Origin: a phage
Sequence record: NC_103192.1
Strand: one strand, 5' to 3'
Length of the DNA: 64,000 nucleotides
Position 1 is the stretch's first letter; each line of letters begins with the position of its first letter. Shown piece by piece: positions 28,651 through 37,105 of the stretch. Both the position numbers and the translations under genes were made by a program. The notes beneath the pieces were generated by a model. It was not told the DNA's origin. It made no database searches and worked only from the letters and a program-made list of their open reading frames with translations.

Positions 28651-29856
28651 ATGATTTTCATCTACGAACATTTCAAAACTCGTAAAGAAGCACGTGACCG
28701 CCGTGCAGAGCTTGAGAAGAAGGGTTTCACATGCGCTATTGAGAAAGGTAACACAACCTGGACACTGGCAGTGGGTGCCCCAGAGTTGTTCGATCCTGAC
28801 CGTGACAGCGTCTGCTACACCCGTGAGGATTTTGAAACCCGTGAAGAGGCCCGTTTATTTCGATATGGGCTGGAAGATAACGGTAAGTACGCCATGATCT
28901 TAGACTTAGGAGAAGGTTCCGTTAAACGTTGGGGCGTGGTATATCCGCTGTGTGTTGTTCACGGTGTAGGGTTCACTGGGGTAGCAATCAAGTCAGAAGA
29001 ACCTTTAGTAGAAGTAAAAGACCCGGTGCTGGAGGTGGTGAGCAGTGTGTCTCAGCAACAGACCCGAAGCATCGAGCCTTTGGTGGTTATTTGCGGAGAA
29101 CTCCTCCAGATCACCTGTAACGAAGGCATTTTTGAAATTCGCCGCAGTGAAAGTGAGGAAGTTTACCAGAAAGTTTTCGACCATATCTCTGTTCAGGAAT
29201 ATGATGAGGCAATTGGTGAAATCCTTGTCTGGCTGGAACGCAAGAATGAGTTCACCACACTTGCAGACAACCTGATCATGAAAGATGGCAAGCTCTACTA
29301 CTACGGTGTAGAGATGCGATCCACCATTGCAAAGAAAATTGAGAAAGATTATGCAGATGGAACACTGGATGACCGCTATGTGAAATTCCTCGTTCGCCTG
29401 CTACGCAATCCTTCTGCAAAATCTGTAAACATGCTCTACGATTTTATGCAGGCCAACGATATCCAGATTGCAGAAGATGGTCGAATCATTTGCTACAAAG
29501 GGGTTCAGTTTAACGGCAGCAAATGGGTGGATTGGCACAGTGGTAAAGTTCCACAATACCAGGGTGCTTTTGTATCCATGCCTCGTAACTTTGTAGAGGA
29601 TGATCCGGAAGCTGCGTGCTCCTATGGCTTACACTGCGCCAGCAAAGAGTATGCAAAGAGCTACGGCACTGTAATGATGGTTATGGTTGATCCTGCAGAT
29701 GTGGTTAGTGTGCCATACCAACACAATAGCGCTAAGTGCCGTGCATGCCGCTATGAGATTGTGGTAGCTCCGGAAGCACGCAAAGATGGAGACCCTATCG
29801 AATATGTAGTTGATCGTGACGGTAACACTATCGACATTCTTTACGAGGAGGCGTAA
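28651..29856 (+). CDS. rIIB: rIIB-like protein
   Basis: C-terminal half (YDFMQANDIQIAEDG...SYGLHCASKEYAKSYG...VDPADVVSVPYQHNSAKCRACRYEIVV) is collinear with the T4 rIIB C-terminal region as recalled. Confidence 0.75.
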   Translation: MIFIYEHFKTRKEARDRRAELEKKGFTCAIEKGNTTWTLAVGAPELFDPDRDSVCYTREDFETREEARLFRYGLEDNGKYAMILDLGEGSVKRWGVVYPLCVVHGVGFTGVAIKSEEPLVEVKDPVLEVVSSVSQQQTRSIEPLVVICGELLQITCNEGIFEIRRSESEEVYQKVFDHISVQEYDEAIGEILVWLERKNEFTTLADNLIMKDGKLYYYGVEMRSTIAKKIEKDYADGTLDDRYVKFLVRLLRNPSAKSVNMLYDFMQANDIQIAEDGRIICYKGVQFNGSKWVDWHSGKVPQYQGAFVSMPRNFVEDDPEAACSYGLHCASKEYAKSYGTVMMVMVDPADVVSVPYQHNSAKCRACRYEIVVAPEARKDGDPIEYVVDRDGNTIDILYEEA

Positions 29857-31226
29857 TGGAAAAAGGGCAGTATGATGTAGGCACAGATGCTGCCCTCGTT
29901 GCAATCATGAGTGGTGAGAATGTCTTCGTTTCAGGACCTGCAGGTTGTGGGAAGACGTATCTCATCAACATGATCCAGTCAATGTATGGAGACTCTTGCA
30001 TAACGGTTGCCCCGACAGGGGTAGCCGCTTTAAACGTTAATGGAGCAACAGCACACCGAACATTCGATCTTGCAGCAGGTGTGAGCATGGAGTCGGACTG
30101 GACCGCAATAAGGGCAAAAACAGCAAAGCCTTTGAAAAGCAAGGCATTTACCATCCTAATTATCGATGAAATCTCTATGATCCGTGCTGATAAGTTTATA
30201 GAGATGGATAGGAAACTCCGCTTCCTTCGAAAAAATGACAAACCTTTCGGAGGCATACAGGTCATATTGTTTGGCGATTTTTACCAGGCACCTCCTGTTG
30301 TCTCTTCTATGGAGAAGGAAGCCTACTTCAACTTCTACCATACGGACCTGTGTTGCTATACCGAATCTTGGAAAGAGCTTGACCTCCACAACATAGCCCT
30401 AGTAGATCAGTTCCGACAGGAGTCTATTCGATTTGCCACAATGCTCAACTGTGTTCGTGAGGGTCGTCGCATAAAAGAGGTTGTAGCAGAACTTAATGCT
30501 CGCTGTTACAAAGGCGGTGTACCAACAGACGCTCTCACAATTTGCGCTACCAACAAACAAGCGGAGGAAGTGAACAGAAGGTTCTATGATGCCATCAACG
30601 CCCCAGAGAAGGTATACACTGGTGAAATGAAAGGTAAGTTTCCCTCCACCCTGCCAGTTGAGCAGGAGATGAAGTTGAAAATTGGCATGAAGGTCATGAT
30701 AACCGCTAACGATGTTGACCCGACTCACAAAGTACCTTATTATGTTAACGGAACACGTGCCACAATTGTTAAATTTAAGAACAAGGCGGTGGTGGTAGAG
30801 CTTGAAGATGGAACACAGGTTGACATAGAGCAGAGGTTGTGGGAGAATAACGAGTATAAGCCATCTCAGAGATACAACATTGCAGAAAGGAAGATGGAGA
30901 AGTTTATAGAGAGGGTAGTGATTGGGTCATACAAGCAACTTCCTCTGAAATCTGGGTACGCCGTAACATCTCATAAAAGTCAAGGACTTACGCTAGATTG
31001 TTACAACCTAGACCTTGGAAAGAACGGGGCTTTCTCTCCTGGGATGACGTATGTTGCTTTGAGTCGAGTTAAGACAATACAAGGAATAAACTTGTTGCGT
31101 CCACTAAGAGAAGTTGACATTATTGTTGACCCGCGAGTCGTAGAGTTTTACAATACAACATTCCCTGACTTAGACAAAATTGTCAGGAAAGATTTTGAAA
31201 CCAGAACTGAAGAGGGGGACGTATGA
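29856..31226 (+). CDS. SF1B DNA helicase, Dda/RecD-like
   Basis: Walker A GPAGCGKT, Walker B IIDEISM, GDFYQAPPV, C-terminal TSHKSQGLTLD. Confidence 0.8.
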   Translation: MEKGQYDVGTDAALVAIMSGENVFVSGPAGCGKTYLINMIQSMYGDSCITVAPTGVAALNVNGATAHRTFDLAAGVSMESDWTAIRAKTAKPLKSKAFTILIIDEISMIRADKFIEMDRKLRFLRKNDKPFGGIQVILFGDFYQAPPVVSSMEKEAYFNFYHTDLCCYTESWKELDLHNIALVDQFRQESIRFATMLNCVREGRRIKEVVAELNARCYKGGVPTDALTICATNKQAEEVNRRFYDAINAPEKVYTGEMKGKFPSTLPVEQEMKLKIGMKVMITANDVDPTHKVPYYVNGTRATIVKFKNKAVVVELEDGTQVDIEQRLWENNEYKPSQRYNIAERKMEKFIERVVIGSYKQLPLKSGYAVTSHKSQGLTLDCYNLDLGKNGAFSPGMTYVALSRVKTIQGINLLRPLREVDIIVDPRVVEFYNTTFPDLDKIVRKDFETRTEEGDV

Positions 31227-31564
31227 GTTTGTGGAGAAATATAGTTAACTACGTGTGCGGCAATCCAACTCCTGAAGAGAAGGATGTTGTGATTCACGAT
31301 TTTACTAAAAGATCTCGTGAAAAAGATCTACTGCTAACAAAGGTGACTGATAAAGATCCTGCAGTAGGGGACTGGGCAGGTTTTGCGTTCACATCGGACA
31401 AATACACCTTTAACAAAGGTGACTATCTTGTTGTGGATTTTAACGAGGACATCGAGGGTGCTGAACCTTACTATCAGACCCTTATCGTTGCAGGGTGTGT
31501 TAATCTCTCTGCAGGTATGCACAGTTTGATTCTTTTTGAGCTTGACTCTGAAGACCTCCAGTAG
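31223..31564 (+). CDS. hypothetical protein
   Basis: 113-aa ORF. Confidence 0.5.
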   Translation: MSLWRNIVNYVCGNPTPEEKDVVIHDFTKRSREKDLLLTKVTDKDPAVGDWAGFAFTSDKYTFNKGDYLVVDFNEDIEGAEPYYQTLIVAGCVNLSAGMHSLILFELDSEDLQ

Positions 31565-31625
31565 TAAGATGTGAGTATAAAGGGGAGGCACTCCTCCCCA
31601 CAAAAACTAAGGAGAGCACCAAACG

Positions 31626-32951
31626 ATGAGTAAAACCAAATTAGAACTTACCTGGATAGGTAAAAACGAGCGCAAAAAGTTAGAGCCGCACATTTTGTTA
31701 GAAGATTCTAGCAAGTCTTACCACAGCCAGAAAGTGACCGAAAACGATATTTTTGATAATAAACTGATTTTTGGAGATAACTTATTAGCATTGAAGGCGC
31801 TAGAGCAAGAGTATGCAGGCAAAGTGAAGTGTGTTTACATAGACCCACCATTCAATACTGGAAGGGCTTTTGAGCACTACGATGATAGCCTTGAGCATTC
31901 CATTTGGCTGGGCTTAATGAGGGATAGGTTAGAAATAATTCGTAATCTTCTAAGTGATGATGGGGTAATATTCGTTCACTTAGATGATTGCGAGATGGCG
32001 TATTTAAAAGTTTTGATGGACGAGATTTTTGGTCGTGCAAATCAGTTAAATACCATATCGATGACCACAAATTCCCCTTCGGGATTTAAGGCAACAGGAG
32101 CCACAGTTTTCTCCACAGCAAACTTTTTGCTAGTATATGCAAAAGATCGCACCCAGAAACCGCTTAACAAAATCTATATACCTAAAGGGTATGATACAGG
32201 ATATAACAAATACCTATTAAACCCGGATGACCATTATAAAAATTGGACGTGGTGCGGTATTGCCGATGCGTTTGCAAAGGCCAATGGCTATAAAGATGCA
32301 AAAGAAGCCAAGAAAAAACTGCCTGATACATTCGATGATGAATTAGCACAATTCGCAATTGATAATGCAGAACGTGTATTTCAATCTGTTGCAATTGGCG
32401 GTGGTGCTAAAATAAAGAGAAAAGAAACTATCGAGAAGTCAAAGAAAGACAGGGATAAGGTTTATGTACATCCAAATGAAGATGTTGAAGGATTTTATAT
32501 CGCAAATGGTAGGCAAATGGTCTTTTACTCCAACAGGCTTTTGGAAATTGACGGTGAGATGCAACCTGCGGAACTAATAACTGATGTTTGGACAGACATT
32601 AGTTGGAATGGGATAGCAAATGAAGGTGGCGTTAGTTTCAAAAATGGGAAAAAACCAGAAGCGCTTTTGAAGCGAATTTTCGAAATGTGTACGCGAGAAG
32701 GTGATTTGGTATTGGATTCATTCGGTGGTTCGGGAACTACTGCTGCTGTAGCTCACAAGATGAAAAGACGTTGGATCTCAATCGAGCTAGGTGATCATTG
32801 TCATACCCATATTATTCCGCGCTTGGAAAAAGTGATCGATGGTGAAGATCAAGGTGGTATTTCTAAGTCTGTAAACTGGCAAGGTGGTGGTGGCTTCCGT
32901 TATTACAAACTTGCCCCGACCTTAATTGCGAAAGATAAGTCTGACCAATAA
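31626..32951 (+). CDS. DNA N6-adenine (or N4-cytosine) methyltransferase, beta-class
   Basis: catalytic motif IV DPPF (VYIDPPFNTG) precedes AdoMet motif I DSFGGSGTTAAVA. Confidence 0.8.
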   Translation: MSKTKLELTWIGKNERKKLEPHILLEDSSKSYHSQKVTENDIFDNKLIFGDNLLALKALEQEYAGKVKCVYIDPPFNTGRAFEHYDDSLEHSIWLGLMRDRLEIIRNLLSDDGVIFVHLDDCEMAYLKVLMDEIFGRANQLNTISMTTNSPSGFKATGATVFSTANFLLVYAKDRTQKPLNKIYIPKGYDTGYNKYLLNPDDHYKNWTWCGIADAFAKANGYKDAKEAKKKLPDTFDDELAQFAIDNAERVFQSVAIGGGAKIKRKETIEKSKKDRDKVYVHPNEDVEGFYIANGRQMVFYSNRLLEIDGEMQPAELITDVWTDISWNGIANEGGVSFKNGKKPEALLKRIFEMCTREGDLVLDSFGGSGTTAAVAHKMKRRWISIELGDHCHTHIIPRLEKVIDGEDQGGISKSVNWQGGGGFRYYKLAPTLIAKDKSDQ

Positions 32952-33270
32952 AGAGTACAATCAAATGATGAAACGTTATAAACCATACACTTTTGAAATC
33001 GATTTCGAACTTGACGATATGTTCACTGTGGAAGCTCAGGCAGTTGTCCAGTTGCCAGACCCAGAGTGCCGTGATTCTGATGTTGACTATTACGGATTTA
33101 GACAAATTACCGATGTGCATGTTTACCACAACGGTGAAGAGGTTGACTTTCACCAACTGCCAAACGATATGCGCCACTCAATTTACAAACGTGCAGCCCG
33201 TGAACTAGAGTCCTATCTGGATGCAGCGACGACAGCAGCTGCATTTGCTGAAGAAGTGGGAGGTTTCTGA
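32926..33270 (+). CDS. hypothetical protein (start uncertain)
   Basis: 114-aa ORF; alternative ATG at about 32965. Confidence 0.45.
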   Translation: MRKISLTNKEYNQMMKRYKPYTFEIDFELDDMFTVEAQAVVQLPDPECRDSDVDYYGFRQITDVHVYHNGEEVDFHQLPNDMRHSIYKRAARELESYLDAATTAAAFAEEVGGF

Positions 33271-33668
33271 TGATTACAGGTGTGAAGATTATCCAATACC
33301 ACTTAACCAAATTGGAAGATGCTGAAAAAGAGCTTGCAGAAGTTCTGAATAGTGGATATACTTTACTATCATGCGCCTGCTCAGACACCTACGTTGTGTG
33401 GACACTTATCCGGAAGGAAGAGCCTGCAGGGATCTTGGTGCCAAACCCTAAGATTATTAGTGAGGTGGATGACTATTCCCAGGACGGCCTGCCAGAAGGC
33501 TGGGAAGTATGGGAAGGTGGTGAAAACCCTGCACCAGGTAAGTGGGTAAAATATAAACTACGTAGTGGTGCACAGTACGCTGACTACTCTGATGACCTAG
33601 ACTGGAGTCATTCTTCACCAGGATCGTCTGCAAGTTCATATGATATCGTTGCTTTTCAGGAAGAATAA
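33270..33668 (+). CDS. hypothetical protein
   Basis: 132-aa ORF. Confidence 0.5.
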   Translation: MITGVKIIQYHLTKLEDAEKELAEVLNSGYTLLSCACSDTYVVWTLIRKEEPAGILVPNPKIISEVDDYSQDGLPEGWEVWEGGENPAPGKWVKYKLRSGAQYADYSDDLDWSHSSPGSSASSYDIVAFQEE

Positions 33669-33680
33669 GGAGATAGTGTT

Positions 33681-34163
33681 ATGTCAGATTTTATGTGGAA
33701 AGTAGGTTACGCAGCTCCTGAAATGTGTGAGGCTTGCTTTGTGAAAATAGGCCGCGAGGATATCGACAAAGTGATCCTTAAGTTTCGTGATGTGGCTGTG
33801 ATCGGCAACCGAGTGCTTAAGCACTTAAAGAATCTGAAGCTCACCAAAAAGAAGTTCTTCGGACTTTTCGAAGAGAAAGTCGATGCTTGGACCCATTGCA
33901 TTCAGGAAGCTAAATCTCACTACAGTGCTATCGTTACCCCAGAACGGGTAGCCAAGATGGAAGGATTTATCAACAGCACAGAGTTTGAGTGCTTAAAGGC
34001 GGCTCTTGATAGTTATCCAAAGTGCCTCAAACACCTTGACAAGTATGTGGAAAAGGATGGGGAAATGTATCTCACCCTGGACGCATACTATGAGATGCAA
34101 GAAATTTTAAATTTAGATTTGACATTGGTATCCACCGAGTATACAATAGGTATCCGGGTTTAA
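33681..34163 (+). CDS. hypothetical protein
   Basis: 160-aa ORF. Confidence 0.55.
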   Translation: MSDFMWKVGYAAPEMCEACFVKIGREDIDKVILKFRDVAVIGNRVLKHLKNLKLTKKKFFGLFEEKVDAWTHCIQEAKSHYSAIVTPERVAKMEGFINSTEFECLKAALDSYPKCLKHLDKYVEKDGEMYLTLDAYYEMQEILNLDLTLVSTEYTIGIRV

Positions 34164-34169
34164 CACTAG

Positions 34170-34196
34170 GCCCTGCCCGAAAGGGTGGGGCTTTTT
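34170..34196 (+). terminator. intrinsic terminator (repeated hairpin, copy 1)
   Basis: ccctgcccgaaagggtgggg (GAAA loop) followed by cttttt; near-identical copy at 46250-46277. Confidence 0.6.
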
Positions 34197-34214
34197 GCAT
34201 TAGGAGACAGCAAA

Positions 34215-34979
34215 TTGAAATTTATCTACAAAGAACACCACCACAAAGGTGTTGTGTGGAGTCTATTTGACGGGTCTGGTGGTGCAGTCATTGACTGGGC
34301 TAAAGCTGGGTATCTGTGCCTGTGCTTTAACGCAGAAGGTGCTGACCATGGTAGTTATGCAGAGGTGATAACCGATCATCCTAACATTCACTACGTTGAT
34401 TATTGGATTGACCCGTGGTTCCCTCAAGAAACTTTTTGCATGTACCCAGCTCCAGACTTTATTCTTGCATTTCCTCCGTGCACGCATTTAGCAGTATCAG
34501 GTGCTGCACATTTTAAGAAAAAGCTGGCTAAGGACCCTCTGATTCAAATTAATGCTGTAAAAGATGCTCGGGTTGCAGAAGAGTTGGGAGAGATTTACGA
34601 TTGCCCGTGGCATGTAGAGAACCCTGTAGGGGTTATGTCCACACTGTGGCGAAAACCTGATTACCGTTTTCATCCTTCTGATTATGGCGGGTATTTACCA
34701 GAAGATGATGTAAACCCGTGGTTTCCTGAATTTATAGCTCCACGTGATGCCTACCCAAAAATAACTTGCGGTTGGATAGGCAATGGATTTATAATCCCAG
34801 CCACAAAACCTGTCCCGCAAATAGTGGATGCGGTTAGTGGTTATTCTATGCAACACGCTAAGCTAGGTGGAAAGAGTGCAAGGACGAAGATGATTCGAAG
34901 CCTTACACCACGTGGCTGGGCAAGAGCTGTATTCTTAGCAAACGAGACTGTAGTAAGGAGCAGAATTAATGGGCAGTAA
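34215..34979 (+). CDS. DNA (cytosine-5)-methyltransferase-like protein
   Basis: motif I LFDGSGG, PC motif AFPPCTHLAVSG, ENV-like HVENPVG; TTG start 7 nt after AGGAGA, because the upstream in-frame GTG lies inside the terminator stem. Confidence 0.5.
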   Translation: MKFIYKEHHHKGVVWSLFDGSGGAVIDWAKAGYLCLCFNAEGADHGSYAEVITDHPNIHYVDYWIDPWFPQETFCMYPAPDFILAFPPCTHLAVSGAAHFKKKLAKDPLIQINAVKDARVAEELGEIYDCPWHVENPVGVMSTLWRKPDYRFHPSDYGGYLPEDDVNPWFPEFIAPRDAYPKITCGWIGNGFIIPATKPVPQIVDAVSGYSMQHAKLGGKSARTKMIRSLTPRGWARAVFLANETVVRSRINGQ

Positions 34980-37047
34980 ATTCATGGCATCTGCATATAA
35001 CCGCTATGGAGAGCCTAACCCAGTTGCAACAAGATACAAAAGCGGAGGCAGTATGAAACGAGACTATCGTGATGAAAAAGAGGTCGAAACTGTAGAAGCT
35101 GTTTTAGAAAATACTAAAATTGTCCCTGTTCCACAACAAAATATCGGACTGATGGCTGCACAATATTTTGGGGTGCGATCAGCATTGTCTCAAGAAGACG
35201 GGGTAACGGTCACTGCAACATATTTCCCATATTACGACCGCTACGGTAATCTATCCGGTTTCAAAAAGCGCGATTGGTCTAAGCCGAAAGAGCAGAAAGG
35301 GCACTGGTCTGTAGTAGGGATCGTGAAGGCCAGCTCCCAGATGTTCGGTCAAAAGCTGTGTGCATCCTCCAACAACCGTAAACAGATTAACGTTTGCGAG
35401 GGGGAGGGTGATGTTATTGCAGCATGGCAGGCTGCATATCAGATACAAGTAAAAGGGATTCTCACCAATGCTAAAGCCCCAGCGAAGGTGAAGCAGTGGG
35501 CTAAAGAAGTCCAGGATGGGATCGATGCAGTTATCAACGGCGGCGATCTGGCAGGAAAACCCTGCCTGCCTTTTGTTGGAATTAACTGCGGGTGTGCAAA
35601 CGCCGTAGACACTTTTGCGAACAATGAGAAATTTATCCGTAGCTACGGAACAGTGGTCCTTGCAATGGACAACGATGCAGCTAACGAGGTAGAGAAGCAA
35701 AAACACGTTATCAAAGGTGTTGAAGCCACACATAATATCGCAGCATTTTTGATGGCTGATAACGTTTACCACGTGGAATACCCAGGTGAGGTAAACGACC
35801 CTGATGGTGTAAAAGATATCCGTGACATGCTGAAGGCTAAAAAGCTGGAAGATATTGTCAACATGTTCCGTCACCCAGTCAAATATGTGCCTGATGCTGT
35901 ATCTGATTTAGAAGACTTCTCCATTGAATCTCTTCGTAAGAAGACTTCTAATGGCGTAGATATCAGTGCGGAGTTCCCTAAATTGCAGAAGATGCTGAAA
36001 GGACTCCACAAAGGCACCTTGATGATGCTGACAGGACCATCTGGTGGCGGTAAAACAACTGTAGCCAAGAAGCTGGAACACTGTATTGCAAGATACTTGA
36101 TGGATCCAACATGCCCTAAAGCTGATGATTATGAAGAGGATGATCGCCTGTGCCTGATTCACCTTGAAGAGGATCCAGAGGAAGCAATCAACTCTCTATA
36201 TGCTAACCAGTTAGGGTTTGATGTTAAAGAGTTTGTTGAAGACCCCAGTCAGTTCCTGACCGATCAGGAGCATGCTGAGATTCATCAATCTTGGGCCAAG
36301 GCCGGAAAAATCAAAGTGTTCAAACATTTCGGTTCTATCCCTGTAGATGAACTGATTACCAAGCTTAAACAAATGGTATGTCTGTATCATTGCCGTTACA
36401 TTGTGCTGGATCACCTGTCCATGGTGATTTCAGGGCTTAATGTTAAGGATGAGCGCAAAGAACTTGACATGGCTATGACTCAACTAGCCGCGTTCTGTAA
36501 GCAGTTTAATGTGTTTATCCTGGTGATTGCTCACCTGAAGCGCACAGAGATTGTACCTCCGAAGGATAAGGATGGAAATCCGTTACCTTTCTGGTACCCT
36601 GTACGAAAAGAGAACCTTCGCGGTAGTGCCGGATTGGAGCAACTTAGCTGGGTGGTTGTCGGGGTAGAGGCAGAGGAGATGGTGGATCGTTCCCGTGGAC
36701 GTGTCCGACTGGTAGGTCTTAAAAACCGCCCAGCAAAAACCTTAGGTATTGCAGACACTCTAGTTATGGATCCCCACACAGGCAAGTTCCATGATGCCAG
36801 CAACTGGTACTGGGACAAAGAAATGCAGATGTTTACAGACGGGGAAGGTGGGGAGGTTGTTTGGAGACCTCAGGCTATGTTTGAGGATCAGGAGCATGCA
36901 GTTGTAGAAACACCTGTGGGCAAGGTTGTGGCTGATAAGGTTATAACTCCTGCTGTTAACCCTGTTGACACACAGGAAGATCTTCAGTACGATGATCCAT
37001 CCTCTGACCCGGTCCCTGGTTTTGAGGATGATGAAACGCCTTTTTAA
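34969..37047 (+). CDS. bifunctional primase-helicase (Toprim + DnaB-like)
   Basis: Toprim-like CEGEGD, Walker A GPSGGGKTT, DnaB-type VLDHLSMV. Confidence 0.8.
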   Translation: MGSKFMASAYNRYGEPNPVATRYKSGGSMKRDYRDEKEVETVEAVLENTKIVPVPQQNIGLMAAQYFGVRSALSQEDGVTVTATYFPYYDRYGNLSGFKKRDWSKPKEQKGHWSVVGIVKASSQMFGQKLCASSNNRKQINVCEGEGDVIAAWQAAYQIQVKGILTNAKAPAKVKQWAKEVQDGIDAVINGGDLAGKPCLPFVGINCGCANAVDTFANNEKFIRSYGTVVLAMDNDAANEVEKQKHVIKGVEATHNIAAFLMADNVYHVEYPGEVNDPDGVKDIRDMLKAKKLEDIVNMFRHPVKYVPDAVSDLEDFSIESLRKKTSNGVDISAEFPKLQKMLKGLHKGTLMMLTGPSGGGKTTVAKKLEHCIARYLMDPTCPKADDYEEDDRLCLIHLEEDPEEAINSLYANQLGFDVKEFVEDPSQFLTDQEHAEIHQSWAKAGKIKVFKHFGSIPVDELITKLKQMVCLYHCRYIVLDHLSMVISGLNVKDERKELDMAMTQLAAFCKQFNVFILVIAHLKRTEIVPPKDKDGNPLPFWYPVRKENLRGSAGLEQLSWVVVGVEAEEMVDRSRGRVRLVGLKNRPAKTLGIADTLVMDPHTGKFHDASNWYWDKEMQMFTDGEGGEVVWRPQAMFEDQEHAVVETPVGKVVADKVITPAVNPVDTQEDLQYDDPSSDPVPGFEDDETPF

Positions 37048-37105
37048 TGTTTAACAAAGAGTGGGAGGGGTAGTACAACCGCCTCCCCTTTAAGGAGAAC
37101 TGTAT

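Noticed and set aside
31582-31599. Hairpin ggggaggcactcctcccc (31582-31599) and gggaggggtagtacaaccgcctcccc (about 37060-37088) as intrinsic terminators
   Set aside because: GC stems are present but are not followed by a clear T-run; they may be RNA processing or stability elements rather than terminators, so not listed as features.
34185-34214. GTG start at 34185 for the C5-methyltransferase-like gene (ORF-track start)
   Set aside because: This GTG lies inside the stem of the upstream terminator hairpin; the TTG at 34215 has an AGGAGA Shine-Dalgarno at proper spacing.
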